DNA of 29,697 nt from Candidatus Poribacteria bacterium (lineage in GTDB: Bacteria; Poribacteria; WGA-4E; UBA9662). Each line of letters starts with the position of its first letter. Positions within the stretch are counted from its first letter, which is position 1. Of the stretch, positions 18,992 to 29,630 are shown in pieces. Where the stretch lies: NCBI GenBank assembly GCA_046582655.1, contig JAYGDX010000330.1, positions 1 through 29,697 on the forward strand, read 5' to 3'. Both the position numbers and the translations under genes were made by a program. The notes under the pieces were generated by a model. It made no database searches, was not told the DNA's origin, and worked only from the letters and a program-made list of their open reading frames with translations.

Positions 18992-19968
18992 TCAGTTAGA
19001 CGGATCAATCGCTTTCCCTAGTGATGAGTGACTCGTTGGCAGCAATCGAAAGTTCAGCTGATTTAACGGCATCCGGATATGGAGACCTAATCCGACTGCC
19101 ATCACCCGAACGTACGGCTTCAATGAAGGTTCGATCCATGTCAATTGTATATTGATTTTTGGCTCCCCATGTTTCCTGACCTTCAGCAATAGACAAAGTT
19201 AAAGACTTCCGCAATCTATATTCGATTGATCCATCTTCACAAAAAATGTCGAGCCCCGACCTCCACACGCCGGCTTGAATGAAACAGGCCGAGAACATAA
19301 TCCCAAAAATTCCACTTTTAAACTGCATAGAGACAGCAGAAGCTTCTTCGATGTTGTAATCTGTATTAGGAATCATATCACAACGGTCAACCGCATAGAC
19401 TGTTTTGACCTCACCGAAAAGATAACGCGCCAGATCAATCTCATGCGTAGTCTGTTCATGAATCTGCCCCCCATATTTTTCCTTCTCACGTCGCCACCTA
19501 CCTGGCATACCGCCCATCCAGTATCCTATAAAAAATCCAATACGCCGATTTTTCAGCAGTTCTTTGGCTTTGTCGATGATGTCTAAATAACGTTCTTGGT
19601 ACCCCGCCGCCGTTATGATTCCTGCCTTATTGACCATTTGGGAAATTTCTCGTGCGTCTTTGGTATCCATATGTACTGGTTTCTCAACAAACATGGCCAG
19701 CCCGGCATGGATTACAGCTCGTTCCGGTGCTCCATGTGCAAACGGTGGAATTGAAATGTAAACAGCATCAAGATCCTCTTTTGCCAACATCTGATTATAG
19801 TCAGAAGGCATGACCACTGTAAGTCTCGGCTGCTTTTTGTGCCTTTTCTTCCACAATGTCGCAGAAAGCAACCAGACGCGTTCCCTCAAGGGAACTGAGA
19901 TCCCGCATGTGCCGACCTGCATTGCCACCAGTACCAATAAAACCTAGTTTTACAGTAGACATAGACAT
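18992..19968 (-). pseudogene. Gfo/Idh/MocA oxidoreductase with frameshifts
   Basis: N-terminus MSMSTVKLGFIGTGGNAGRH...FCDIVEEKA is in one frame; shift near 19805 into DYNQML...FVEKP...QTTHEIDL; an apparent second shift near 19020 into GKAIDPSN*. Confidence 0.82.
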
Positions 19969-20357
19969 GAAATTACCTTTCTGAATTTATATTTTTACCT
20001 AGACTGAATTCGTCGTCACCCTGACGGCCTTACCCTACTGACAGCCAGAGGAAAGCTACCTGTGACTTGATTACCGAACTTTTCTCATTTGGTCTATGCC
20101 GATTTCATTTGGTGCAAGAGACGAGAAATGCCTTCCTGAATTAGTTGTTCGGCAGACGACTCCAAGGGCAAACCACCATCGGGTGAAACCCCATGGCCAC
20201 CAATGAGCCCTTCGTAGCTTTGTTGATGATAGTGTTCACTACCACTTCTATTGGCATCTTAACCTGGATATTGGACCAATATTTACTGCAACTCTGAATA
20301 TGGAGTATGACGAAAAAATTCACACGCCGCTAAGACCAATCAAACATCATTCACTCT

Positions 20358-21359
20358 TTACATAGCCAACAATTCTTTCCACTGTTCTTCGTCTACTAGC
20401 ACCCCCTTTTCAAGACTCTCTTTTCGGGTTCGAAGCATTCCTTCCCCAGGATACCGCACACTTTCGCTCCCATCTAAAGGTGCGGCAGTGTGAAAATCCT
20501 GAATAATGGTATCTACCGTCTTGCTCAACAAAGCCTGCCCCATCAGCTTGGTCGCATCAAGGGCGATAAAAACTTGAGATACTGAATATTCGGCCCCCTG
20601 ATTTCCGATCTCGTGTGTAGACTGCCCACCCGATACCACGGTAGCGATCATATCCAGTACCAGCGCCAATCCCGACCCTTTCCAGTAACCAATTGGCAAT
20701 GCCCGCCGAGATTCTAGAATCTCTCCTGGATCCTGCGTTAGTTTTCCTTGATTATCGTACCCACCCGGCAGTGGTAGCTGTTGTTCCCGTCTTCGCAGCA
20801 CCTCCAGTTTTCCGTTCGAATACTGGCTCATGGCCATATCTAGCAAAATGTGTCCCTCAGCCCTCGGTACAGCGAAAGCTATTGGATTATTCCCAATCTT
20901 TTTTTCTGCCGATCCCCAAGGTGGCATTAGCGGTGTTGTATTGGTCCAGCAGATCCCGACACAACCGGCATCTGCCGCCTGCAGCGCGTAGGCACCGGCC
21001 CGCATCCAGTGGTTGGTATTCTTCAGCCCAACGCCACCCATACCATGTTGCTGGGCAAGCTCAATTGCTCGCTGCATACATGCATGTGCGTTGATAAGCC
21101 CCACTCCCCTTTTGCCATCCCATCGTTCCAAGGCACCCAGACTCTCTACCTTCTCCGGGGAGGCACGAAAATCAATCCTTTTCTTCTTCATACTTTCTAC
21201 AAATCCCGGAAACCGATTCAATCCGTGTGAATAGACTCCATCCCGCTGATTCTCGGCAAACAACTGTGCGCATAACGCTGCCCGCTGATCCGAAAATCCG
21301 ACTTCCGTTAGTACACAGTAAAATTTATCATACAAAGCTTGGAAAGACACACGCCGCAT
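20358..21359 (-). CDS. yiaK: 3-dehydro-L-gulonate 2-dehydrogenase (2,3-diketo-L-gulonate reductase), Ldh_2 family
   Basis: GVYSHGLNRFP, NTNHWMRAG, MPPWG, LDMAMSQYS and GYWKGSGLALVLD motifs. AGGAG SD. Confidence 0.88.
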   Translation of the reverse strand: MRRVSFQALYDKFYCVLTEVGFSDQRAALCAQLFAENQRDGVYSHGLNRFPGFVESMKKKRIDFRASPEKVESLGALERWDGKRGVGLINAHACMQRAIELAQQHGMGGVGLKNTNHWMRAGAYALQAADAGCVGICWTNTTPLMPPWGSAEKKIGNNPIAFAVPRAEGHILLDMAMSQYSNGKLEVLRRREQQLPLPGGYDNQGKLTQDPGEILESRRALPIGYWKGSGLALVLDMIATVVSGGQSTHEIGNQGAEYSVSQVFIALDATKLMGQALLSKTVDTIIQDFHTAAPLDGSESVRYPGEGMLRTRKESLEKGVLVDEEQWKELLAM

Positions 21360-21623
21360 CGTGATTTCTCCTAATCCTTTTTTTACAAGGTCCCAGCTAT
21401 TTTTAATTTGTTTTCATAGAACCGTTTGGTTGGTCATACTTTCCATCTGTAATGGTAACACAACCGACAATTGGCAGGTACAAACGACGTCGGAAGATCT
21501 GAACGAATACGTTGATCCATTACATTTTGGAGTAAGACATTCTCAACCCAAATCGCTTGATTGATGGAGATTCTTCTCATCAATTGGACAACATGATGTG
21601 CATCGTTGCAAATCTGATACTCG

Positions 21624-22457
21624 TCAAGAACATTGAAGATAAGCTTTTTTGATCTTTTCTAGAAGCTCTTTCTGGTCTCCATTCCACAATCGGTTGGAGA
21701 AAATTTCAACTTCGTTAAACCCACTGAAACCTGCTTGCTCCATCCAAGCTCGAATCTCCCGAATTCTAATTACACCTTCTCCCATCAATCCTCGGTCATT
21801 CAGCATATCTGTCATGTCCGTCTTCCAGTCACAGATATGGAAAGCAAAAAGGTTCTCATTTTTACCACACCGTTGAATTTCATAGTATAGATCTAGATCC
21901 CACCATACATGGAAAATATCAACCACAACACCTAAGTTGGGGGAGTTGAATTTTTCGGCAAATTGATTGGCTGTCTTCATGGTGCAGATGGTGGACCGAC
22001 AATCTGCGTACATCGGGTGCAAGGGTTCAATTGCCAAATTGACGCTATTTTTTTCAGCGTAGGGGAGTAGCGTCTCTAAACCAATTTCTATCTGAGACAC
22101 CGATTCGCTGATTGATTGCCCTGGTATGGCGCCACAGACTAGCACAACCATTGGTGCCTTTAAAGCGACAGATTGATCAATTATACGTTGGTTATCATCA
22201 AGTGCAGCCTGTTTTTCAACCTGATTCCTGTAGGTGAAAGAACCACCGCGAACCAAAGATACGATCTCCATGCCGGCGGCTCTAATTTTATCCCCTATTT
22301 GTGCTGGGTTCCTATCTTCCAGTACATTCCGCCAGACAGAAATTCCTTTTACACCTGCCTGATGATAATTTTCAATAATTTCCTCAATTGACCATGGTTT
22401 CGTAGTAATGGTGTGTATGCAGAGGCGGTCGAAATTCTCTAACTTTTCAGTGCTCAT
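21624..22457 (-). CDS. Sugar phosphate isomerase/epimerase (xylose-isomerase-like TIM barrel)
   Basis: LAIEPLHPMYA, VVDIFHVWWD, FHICDW, DRGLMGEGVI and EVEIFS. The start could be 22457 or 22517. Confidence 0.88.
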   Translation of the reverse strand: MSTEKLENFDRLCIHTITTKPWSIEEIIENYHQAGVKGISVWRNVLEDRNPAQIGDKIRAAGMEIVSLVRGGSFTYRNQVEKQAALDDNQRIIDQSVALKAPMVVLVCGAIPGQSISESVSQIEIGLETLLPYAEKNSVNLAIEPLHPMYADCRSTICTMKTANQFAEKFNSPNLGVVVDIFHVWWDLDLYYEIQRCGKNENLFAFHICDWKTDMTDMLNDRGLMGEGVIRIREIRAWMEQAGFSGFNEVEIFSNRLWNGDQKELLEKIKKAYLQCS

Positions 22458-22557
22458 ATCATTGATAATGTGAAGGTTTTGGCTAGAGCTCATCTTGTTT
22501 ATTAAACAATCATCCAATACATGCTGCTTGCTAATGCCCCTACTTCAATTTGTGGTC

Positions 22558-25068
22558 TCATTGCTCTAACCATCTTGGTTCCTGATACAGAAGATGACGA
22601 ACAAAAAAGTCTTTCTGACGGCGTTGCCCGTAAAGTGCACCAGCAGCGCCGTGTCCAGCGCCGGGAATCACCAACAAATCGAAATCTTTGTCGGCCTTAA
22701 TCAAGGCGTTGACCACCTGCATAGTGCTAGCTGGGTCCACGTTTCGATCCAATTCGCCCACAATCAGGAGTAGTTTGCCCTGTAACTTCTCCGCATGAGT
22801 AACATTACTGTTGTCTTCATAATGCGAGCTAACCGGCCAGCCCATCCAGGCCTCGTTCCACCAGATCTTGTCCATCCGGTTATCGTGGCAACCGCAATCA
22901 GCTACTCCAACTTTGTAGAAGTCACCGTGATGCAAAAGGCCACTCAATGCGTTCTGTCCACCTGCGGACCCCCCATAGATCCCAACACGGTTGAGATCCA
23001 TCTCAGGATGTTCGATTGCCGCCGCGCGTAACCAAGCAATTCGGTCAGGAAATCCGGCGTCCTTGAGGTTTCGCCAGCAGAAGTCGTGGAATTTTTTGGA
23101 ACGCCAGTTGGTACCCATTCCATCGATCTGTACAACGATAAAACCGAGCTCAGCTATTTCCTGCTGACCATAATGCACATGAAAGGATTTGGGTACGAAT
23201 GCGCCGTGTGGTCCGGCGTAAATATGCTCAATGACTGGGTATTCTCGCCTCCGATCAAAATTGGTTGGACGCCAGATAACACCATAAATATTGGTTTCTC
23301 CGTCCCTTCCTTTGGCAAGAAACCGTTGAGGAATCTGCCAACCAGATTGGAGCAATTCGTTCCAGTCCGCTTCTGCCAGTTTGCATAGGAGCTTTCCATC
23401 TTCCGCCCGACGTAATTCATGAACTGGTGGCTGATCGACGCGCGACCAAGTATCCACTAAAAATTGTCTGTCCGGAGACCATTGAATGGTGTGTGTACCA
23501 TCACCCTCAGTGAGAAAAACAAGGTTGGATCCATCTAAATTCACCTGGCAATAGTGGATGTAGTAAGGGTCCTGTTCAGGGTAAATCCCGCTAGCCTGAA
23601 AACAAATCTTTCGTCTTTCTTCATCAACGTACTCTACTTTTCTGACTATCCATTTTCCATCAGTGATTTGGTGTTTCAGTTGTCTTTTTTGGACATCGTA
23701 AAGGTACAGGTGGTTCCAACCGTTATGCTCGCTCATCCAAATTAGTTCATGGCTGTCGTCAAGCCAGTTCAGATAAGTCTTTTGGGAATAATCAATAAAA
23801 GTGTCGCTTTTTTCTTCCACGACTGATTCTACCTTGCCGCTATTGGCATCAACTGCTACGATCCGCTGAATCTGATGTCCCCGCTGGTTATACAAAAAAA
23901 AGAACTCCGACGAATCTTCGGCCCAATGGAGATGGTTAATACGCCAAGGGTTAGAAAATAGATTAGGTTCGATTGGCACGCTTGTACTTGAGCCAATATC
24001 AAATAGTCGAGGCTGTTGGTGTTCGATACAATCGCCGGGTTTGAGGTAATTGAAGGTGTGCAACTTGGGTTGAGTTTGGCCGCTGGGCGATGACTCGATT
24101 ATATGCACGAGATGCTCCTCGGCTTTCCGCCTTCGAATAGCTGCTAGTTTCTTCGAGTCCAGTGACCAGTAGATTGAATCTTGCGAGTACCCATTGTCTT
24201 GGTTGCCATCATGACTAAGTTGGAATTCTTTGCCATCTTGATTTCGGAGCCAAATGTTATCTTGATTGATCAAAGCAATCCATTGGCCATTGGGAGATTG
24301 GACTGTTTCCGGTTCAGCAGTTTTGCCGTCAGGTTCCTCAGTACCAGTTTCGAGCGGTTCTCCCTCCACTACCACCAATGGATTGTGAAGGTGAGCTTCG
24401 TAAATACCAAAATGCCGCTTTTGATCATCCGTCAGTAGCCAGATATGGCCAACAAAAGTATGCTGCTCATATTCCTGATTTATGGGAATGGAGGCATAGC
24501 GTCGTTGATGTCCATTGCTGTCAACCCAAAATAGCTGCACGGAAACCTTCGCTTCATTACGAAAGGTGACATACGTTTCTTCGCCAGTTCGCTGTGTCGA
24601 CCGCAGCGTGTTTTCAAGTTGCACTGAACTGGAAACACCCGCCTCAGAGATTACCTCACGAAGATTCCCGCTGGTTAGATCCAGTACCCAGATTCTTCGC
24701 TCAGTGTGAAGTCTGATTATGTCTTCTTGATCCGTAAAATCAAGCCTTTCGATAGGCAGTTTCTCAGCATCCACCTCGTTGCCGATCACCCGAGATAACT
24801 TTTCTGCTAGATGTTTATAATCAAAAGCAGGATGGAGTGTCGCTGTTTCAACATTGACCAGCATAAACTTCCATCTATCATCCGGCAGGTTGTGGCGATA
24901 CCAAAAACGCTGATTGTTCGAGCCCCAATGCGGATCAATCTCAGCAGTAAAGACCTTGTTACGGAAACGTTCTCTCAAATTCGCAGATCGCTCATAGTCT
25001 TGGAGAGAACCTTGTGCCCACAGTTGAGAAGTGGTTGATAGAAGTACAAAAAGAGTAGAACCAAGCAT
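22558..25068 (-). CDS. Secreted S9B dipeptidyl-peptidase IV-like prolyl oligopeptidase with an inserted VHL-like beta domain
   Basis: Signal peptide (MLGSTLFVLLSTTSQLWA), DPPIV_N propeller region, and catalytic triad motifs GGSAGG, NVDPAS and GAGHG. Confidence 0.92.
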   Translation of the reverse strand: MLGSTLFVLLSTTSQLWAQGSLQDYERSANLRERFRNKVFTAEIDPHWGSNNQRFWYRHNLPDDRWKFMLVNVETATLHPAFDYKHLAEKLSRVIGNEVDAEKLPIERLDFTDQEDIIRLHTERRIWVLDLTSGNLREVISEAGVSSSVQLENTLRSTQRTGEETYVTFRNEAKVSVQLFWVDSNGHQRRYASIPINQEYEQHTFVGHIWLLTDDQKRHFGIYEAHLHNPLVVVEGEPLETGTEEPDGKTAEPETVQSPNGQWIALINQDNIWLRNQDGKEFQLSHDGNQDNGYSQDSIYWSLDSKKLAAIRRRKAEEHLVHIIESSPSGQTQPKLHTFNYLKPGDCIEHQQPRLFDIGSSTSVPIEPNLFSNPWRINHLHWAEDSSEFFFLYNQRGHQIQRIVAVDANSGKVESVVEEKSDTFIDYSQKTYLNWLDDSHELIWMSEHNGWNHLYLYDVQKRQLKHQITDGKWIVRKVEYVDEERRKICFQASGIYPEQDPYYIHYCQVNLDGSNLVFLTEGDGTHTIQWSPDRQFLVDTWSRVDQPPVHELRRAEDGKLLCKLAEADWNELLQSGWQIPQRFLAKGRDGETNIYGVIWRPTNFDRRREYPVIEHIYAGPHGAFVPKSFHVHYGQQEIAELGFIVVQIDGMGTNWRSKKFHDFCWRNLKDAGFPDRIAWLRAAAIEHPEMDLNRVGIYGGSAGGQNALSGLLHHGDFYKVGVADCGCHDNRMDKIWWNEAWMGWPVSSHYEDNSNVTHAEKLQGKLLLIVGELDRNVDPASTMQVVNALIKADKDFDLLVIPGAGHGAAGALYGQRRQKDFFVRHLLYQEPRWLEQ

Positions 25069-25641
25069 TAAGAAAAACTTCCCTCACTCAGTTTTCAAAA
25101 TCATCAATACAAAAAACATGACAACACTAAATTTGACAACCAAGTTATCGCAGCAGTTTATATCAGTTTTTGATTTGAATTTAAGTAAGTTTGTGAGTCA
25201 AAGCATAGTAAACATATCTCAACGTCAGTTGAAAATATATTAAATCCCAGATTCACCTAATACGATATTCTAGCATAGTTAGTGTTTTCAGTTAAATGGC
25301 CAGACGTTGATTTGGTGGGGGAGAATGCTTAAGGTCTGTTATTAGGTTTGGGGTGCTTGTTGCAGTGTAAAACCCATTAACATACAATTGAGATGCACTG
25401 AAAAGCTGATCAGAGTTGATTTGTTAGAAATCTAACACTAATCCAAACTTGACAATGAAAACACAAGCAGTTCATGTTAGTCTCGGCTTACTTCCAGTAC
25501 TTTCCCCATATGTCGGATAATACACAAGACTACCGTCAGGCGATTGCAACGAGCATATGGAAGGGGAATGTTGTTACAGAAACCAAATACCTATGGTATT
25601 GACCAGAATTAAATTGAATCCTTTTAGGGAGGTTGACAAGA

Positions 25642-27732
25642 ATGGAATATAACCCTACTAGCGGAAGCCGGCTACTGCTCAATGGAGAATGGGAATTCGC
25701 CGAAGGACCAGACGGAACTCTCCCCAACAGTGGATGGAAACGAATCCGCGTTCCTCATCGGTCACGTGAATTTGAAACTAATCCACCTGATTCGGGTTGG
25801 TACCGTACAATGTTGCAAGTGCCCACCAGTTGGAAATCGAAGAGTTCTCGCATTGTCCTCGACTTAGGTCGCGTCCGTCATTTCGGTCGAGTTCACTTGA
25901 ACGGAGAGGTTGTTGGTGAACACTATCATATGCGTCAGCCTTGGCGACTGGACCTGAGCAAAAGGGTCCACCCCGGTGACGTATACGAACTCATGGTCTA
26001 TACCCATAATTGTAAAGGTTCATACGCACATCCAGACGTTGACTCACTCAGCGAAGAAGCCGAAAAGGCACTCGACACTCGGTTCTGGTACAGCAGTGCG
26101 GCTACCATTGGGATGGAGGGTGATGTATGGCTCTGTCTGGAACCGCACGTGCGTATCGAAGATCCATATATTATAACGTCAGTACGTGAACAAACGATCA
26201 GTGTGGAGGCAACCGTGTGCAACGAGAGTCAAGAACGGTTTGTCGGTCGAGTGAGTTGGAAAGTGACACGTGCCGGACAGACAGTGCTGGAGTTGCCTGC
26301 TTGTGAGATAGATCTAACAGATGGGGGAAAGCAGACCATACATGCTTCTGCCTTCTGGACCAATCCGGTATGCTGGGGACGTCCACCATACGGAGAACCA
26401 ATACTCTACTTCCTTCAAGTTGACGTCAGTATGGGTAAGAATCCAGTTGACCAAACCATGGTGCGTTTCGGTTTCCGCGAGATATGGGTTGAAGAAGATC
26501 GACTACTGCTTAACGGGGAGCAGTTGGTACCATGGGGAGATCATACCGTACCCTACGTATATGAGCGGCAGTGGCTGACACGCAAATTTGTCGATCTGGC
26601 CAATGCCAATATCAGCATTGTGGAGCACCACCGCTATGATCCTCCATCCATATTCTACGATGTAGCTGATGAACTGGGGACCTTTGTGGTAGGTGCCAAC
26701 TTCTGTGTAGGAACTGGACAAGTGCCGGGGAAACTGGACCAAGATGAGATGAAATTGGTGATGGGCAACCATCTGGCGGTAGCCGATGCTTGGATTCGAC
26801 GTGTGCGGAATCACCCGTCTATCCTGTTCTGGGATATCACTGACGCGCGTGATCCGGATTTCTGTGTCCCCCTGTTGCGTAAAGTAAAAGCATTAGACCA
26901 AACTCGCATTGCCGAAGTCACTTTCGATCATACAGTGGCTGACACCGAACTGGTAGAATTGATTGACTGTTACCGACTTTTCAGTGGCTTGGAACATATT
27001 GAGGCAACTATCCATGAGATTCAATCAAATCCAGAACTGCCTGTCAAACCGACGCGTGTAGGTGAAGCCGGTATTTTCGATGGTGCTGACTGGGGGCAAG
27101 ATAACGATCCACCACTGATAGACGGATGGTGGGATTTTCTGCGAAGCATACAGGAACGGAATCTCCATGGCCTACAGACCTTCCACTTGGTTGACATGGA
27201 TTATCGTGATTTTACGAGGCAGGTGCCTGGCACTCTGTCAGCACTAGTCTATCCGCAGATTAGCTGGCCCTCTCATTCTGGTCAGGACGCGCGTATTGAT
27301 CCATTTGGAGAAGGAACTCAGGAAGCTTGGGGTAAATCAGCTATCTATCTCAATTGGTGCGACCCATCCGAGCCCGTTTCCCGTCCCACGGCCACCTATT
27401 GGTGGTCGCGTGATTTGTTCCAGCGGTTGGCTGGTCGAGACGTCGGCCCACTCAACAAGGAACGGATTCCGGAAGTGATCGTATATGTGGAACGAAATGG
27501 GAAACCGGAAACCGAAGCACATGTATTCGTTGAACCGGTGGATGGGCAGAGTCTAAAAACGTTTGGTGTTCGAGCTGATGCGCAAGGTACTAGTTGGTTT
27601 ATCCTGCCTGAATCGGGAACGTACCGATTTACCTGCCAGTCCGTCAGTATCGAGGTAGAAACACAACGCCAACTCATTCAGACACCAGCCGGGTACGACC
27701 ATATCCAGTATGTCAGGCTAAATTTGGCGTGA
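25642..27732 (+). CDS. Glycoside hydrolase family 2-like protein (atypical acid/base motif)
   Basis: LLNGEWEF, GWYRT, VHLNGEVVG, RFGFREIW...LLLNG, FYDVADELG and RNHPSILFW. GGGAGG SD before ATG 25642. Confidence 0.8.
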   Translation: MEYNPTSGSRLLLNGEWEFAEGPDGTLPNSGWKRIRVPHRSREFETNPPDSGWYRTMLQVPTSWKSKSSRIVLDLGRVRHFGRVHLNGEVVGEHYHMRQPWRLDLSKRVHPGDVYELMVYTHNCKGSYAHPDVDSLSEEAEKALDTRFWYSSAATIGMEGDVWLCLEPHVRIEDPYIITSVREQTISVEATVCNESQERFVGRVSWKVTRAGQTVLELPACEIDLTDGGKQTIHASAFWTNPVCWGRPPYGEPILYFLQVDVSMGKNPVDQTMVRFGFREIWVEEDRLLLNGEQLVPWGDHTVPYVYERQWLTRKFVDLANANISIVEHHRYDPPSIFYDVADELGTFVVGANFCVGTGQVPGKLDQDEMKLVMGNHLAVADAWIRRVRNHPSILFWDITDARDPDFCVPLLRKVKALDQTRIAEVTFDHTVADTELVELIDCYRLFSGLEHIEATIHEIQSNPELPVKPTRVGEAGIFDGADWGQDNDPPLIDGWWDFLRSIQERNLHGLQTFHLVDMDYRDFTRQVPGTLSALVYPQISWPSHSGQDARIDPFGEGTQEAWGKSAIYLNWCDPSEPVSRPTATYWWSRDLFQRLAGRDVGPLNKERIPEVIVYVERNGKPETEAHVFVEPVDGQSLKTFGVRADAQGTSWFILPESGTYRFTCQSVSIEVETQRQLIQTPAGYDHIQYVRLNLA

Positions 27733-28085
27733 GAATCCGATTAGTCTGATATTCTTGCTGGATTCCGCATATATGCTTACGTCGGAGTTCCAGTGATATC
27801 ATTGTCGTTAGTTTAAAGTTCAAGTATCTGCCTAGGCGTATGTCGGCTTGCCTCATGTGGTTTTCTTAAACTAATACCGATAAAATTTTCCTCTAAGTTA
27901 AGAACTTATGTACAGCCAACATCTGCAGGATAGCTTTCCCGAATGGCTGCGAAATTTGCTGCCCATGGCTCATGGAGTACTGCAATGAAAACTGGAGTAT
28001 CACCAGAGTTAATGTAGTCCTTATTGGAAAAACCGGAACGAATATTCTTCTTCAATTTGCTAACAATCGGCATTTTTATTTAAGC

Positions 28086-28723
28086 TTATGTTTCTATGTC
28101 CCAAAAATTTACGTTGAAAGCCACCGATCTGCGTTCACCTTTCCCTTCGAATGGATATACCATGTGTTCAAGCCAATTGGGAAAAAGATAGATATCTCCA
28201 ACTACGGGTCTCCTGATACTAGATTGTGCAAACATAAACGTCAGCGACCCTGTTGCTGGCGTACGCCCAAATCGAACTCCAGGCAACCGTCCAAAGTTGT
28301 GTTCTCCTGAATGGTTGGGGAACTTTTGTATACAGAATATCGGATAGTCCCTGTAATGTATCACACAGATGATTATGTAACGGATTATAATCGCCAGCAT
28401 AACAGTGAACTGACCAGATGTCCTGTACGCCAACAATTTTTGCCGAAGGATCTGGGGTTCCATTGATTCGATGGAAGTGATGATAATAGCTAAGACTAAT
28501 CTCCTGAATAGTCTTAATAAAAAGTTTAACTCGTTTTTCTTGCGGAGATATGGTCAATTGCTTCCCTTCTTTAGATACGACCAACCAGCTTATCCGCATG
28601 GCTTATAGATTCGTTGTCTTCAAGAAGTTGGTCAAGATACTGATTAATAGGATCTAAGATGTGCGCAGGCACGGTCGATTTTAAAATGAAACTTTGTTGC
28701 ATCGCGATGAGTTCGGTTTGCAT
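28086..28723 (-). pseudogene. Putative 2OG-Fe(II) oxygenase (TIGR02466-like) with frameshifts
   Basis: MQTELIAM...HADKLVGRI; shift near 28573 into KEGKQL...WSVHCYAGDYNPLHNH...YTKVP; shift near 28300 into ...PVVGDIYLFPNWLEHMVYPFEGKGERRSVAFN. Confidence 0.78.
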
Positions 28724-28814
28724 AATTCTCTCTTCAGTTGTCACCTAATATTCTTCAGATTGCCATCTCATCTGTTAACAGCTATTGGCTTTTGGACCAG
28801 TACTCTCTTTACTT

Positions 28815-29630
28815 TTAATCTTCGCTCCATTTGTCGAGACCAAGCAATTTTCGACCAAGCGAATCTAACTCAGCAACCTGACCATGGTGGTGTTCTTCCC
28901 CTTTGGCACTGCCCCACGCTAATCGTTCTTTCCACCAATTAACTCGATTCTTTCTTGCCTCATCACTCTGGTCATTGGCGGGATTCATGGTAATATATTG
29001 TACTATGCGGGGTTTATCAGACGTATTTAAGCTAGCACCATGTGGCAAGGATGTCCGCCAAATGATGAGATCCCCTGCGTTAGCAGCAATCTTTTCGGAG
29101 CCTAGAGCATGGAGATCCTGCTGTTGCGGCGTAGAATCTTCAGGTAAGCTGTCCAACCACTCTTCAATTCTATGATGAAAACCGGGTACACAGGTAAAAG
29201 CTCCTTGATTTTCTGCAGTATCTGTCAGATACAGTACTCCTTGAACCCCAAACCCAAGGGGGCGATTTTCCAGATTGGCATCCCAGTGCAATCCACGCTC
29301 TTTAGCTTCCGGATCCAATGATGGAGGATTCATACTAGCTCGATCAAAACTAACCCACAATTTTTCCTTTTGCCAGATTTGGCTAAAAGCTCGGTGGATT
29401 GTCGGGTATTGTCGATTATCCCATAGCGCTTGGTGTTGATATATTTCAACCATGATACTGCGGCGCGGTGGATCGGGATACCAAGTGTCCGAATTAACTT
29501 GATCCATTCCAAGGAACTCCCATACTGCTTGTTCTGCGCGTTCGGCATTTTCTCTAGGAACCGCGTTGCGCGCGATGACATACCCGCTTTCCTGCCAAAA
29601 ATCAAGGTCTGCTTGGCTGAGTGGTGACAT
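28815..29630 (-). CDS. Phytanoyl-CoA dioxygenase (PhyH) family protein
   Basis: FWQESGYVI, canonical HWD, QGVLYLTD, GAFTCVPGFH and AGDLIIW...LPHGA. AGGAG SD. Confidence 0.9.
   Translation of the reverse strand: MSPLSQADLDFWQESGYVIARNAVPRENAERAEQAVWEFLGMDQVNSDTWYPDPPRRSIMVEIYQHQALWDNRQYPTIHRAFSQIWQKEKLWVSFDRASMNPPSLDPEAKERGLHWDANLENRPLGFGVQGVLYLTDTAENQGAFTCVPGFHHRIEEWLDSLPEDSTPQQQDLHALGSEKIAANAGDLIIWRTSLPHGASLNTSDKPRIVQYITMNPANDQSDEARKNRVNWWKERLAWGSAKGEEHHHGQVAELDSLGRKLLGLDKWSED

Noticed and set aside
20010..20330. Possible structured RNA (GTCAC...GTGAC containing GAGGAAAG) or gene remnant
   Set aside because: No continuation of an RNase P, SRP or riboswitch consensus; pairing is weak and no protein family could be recognised.
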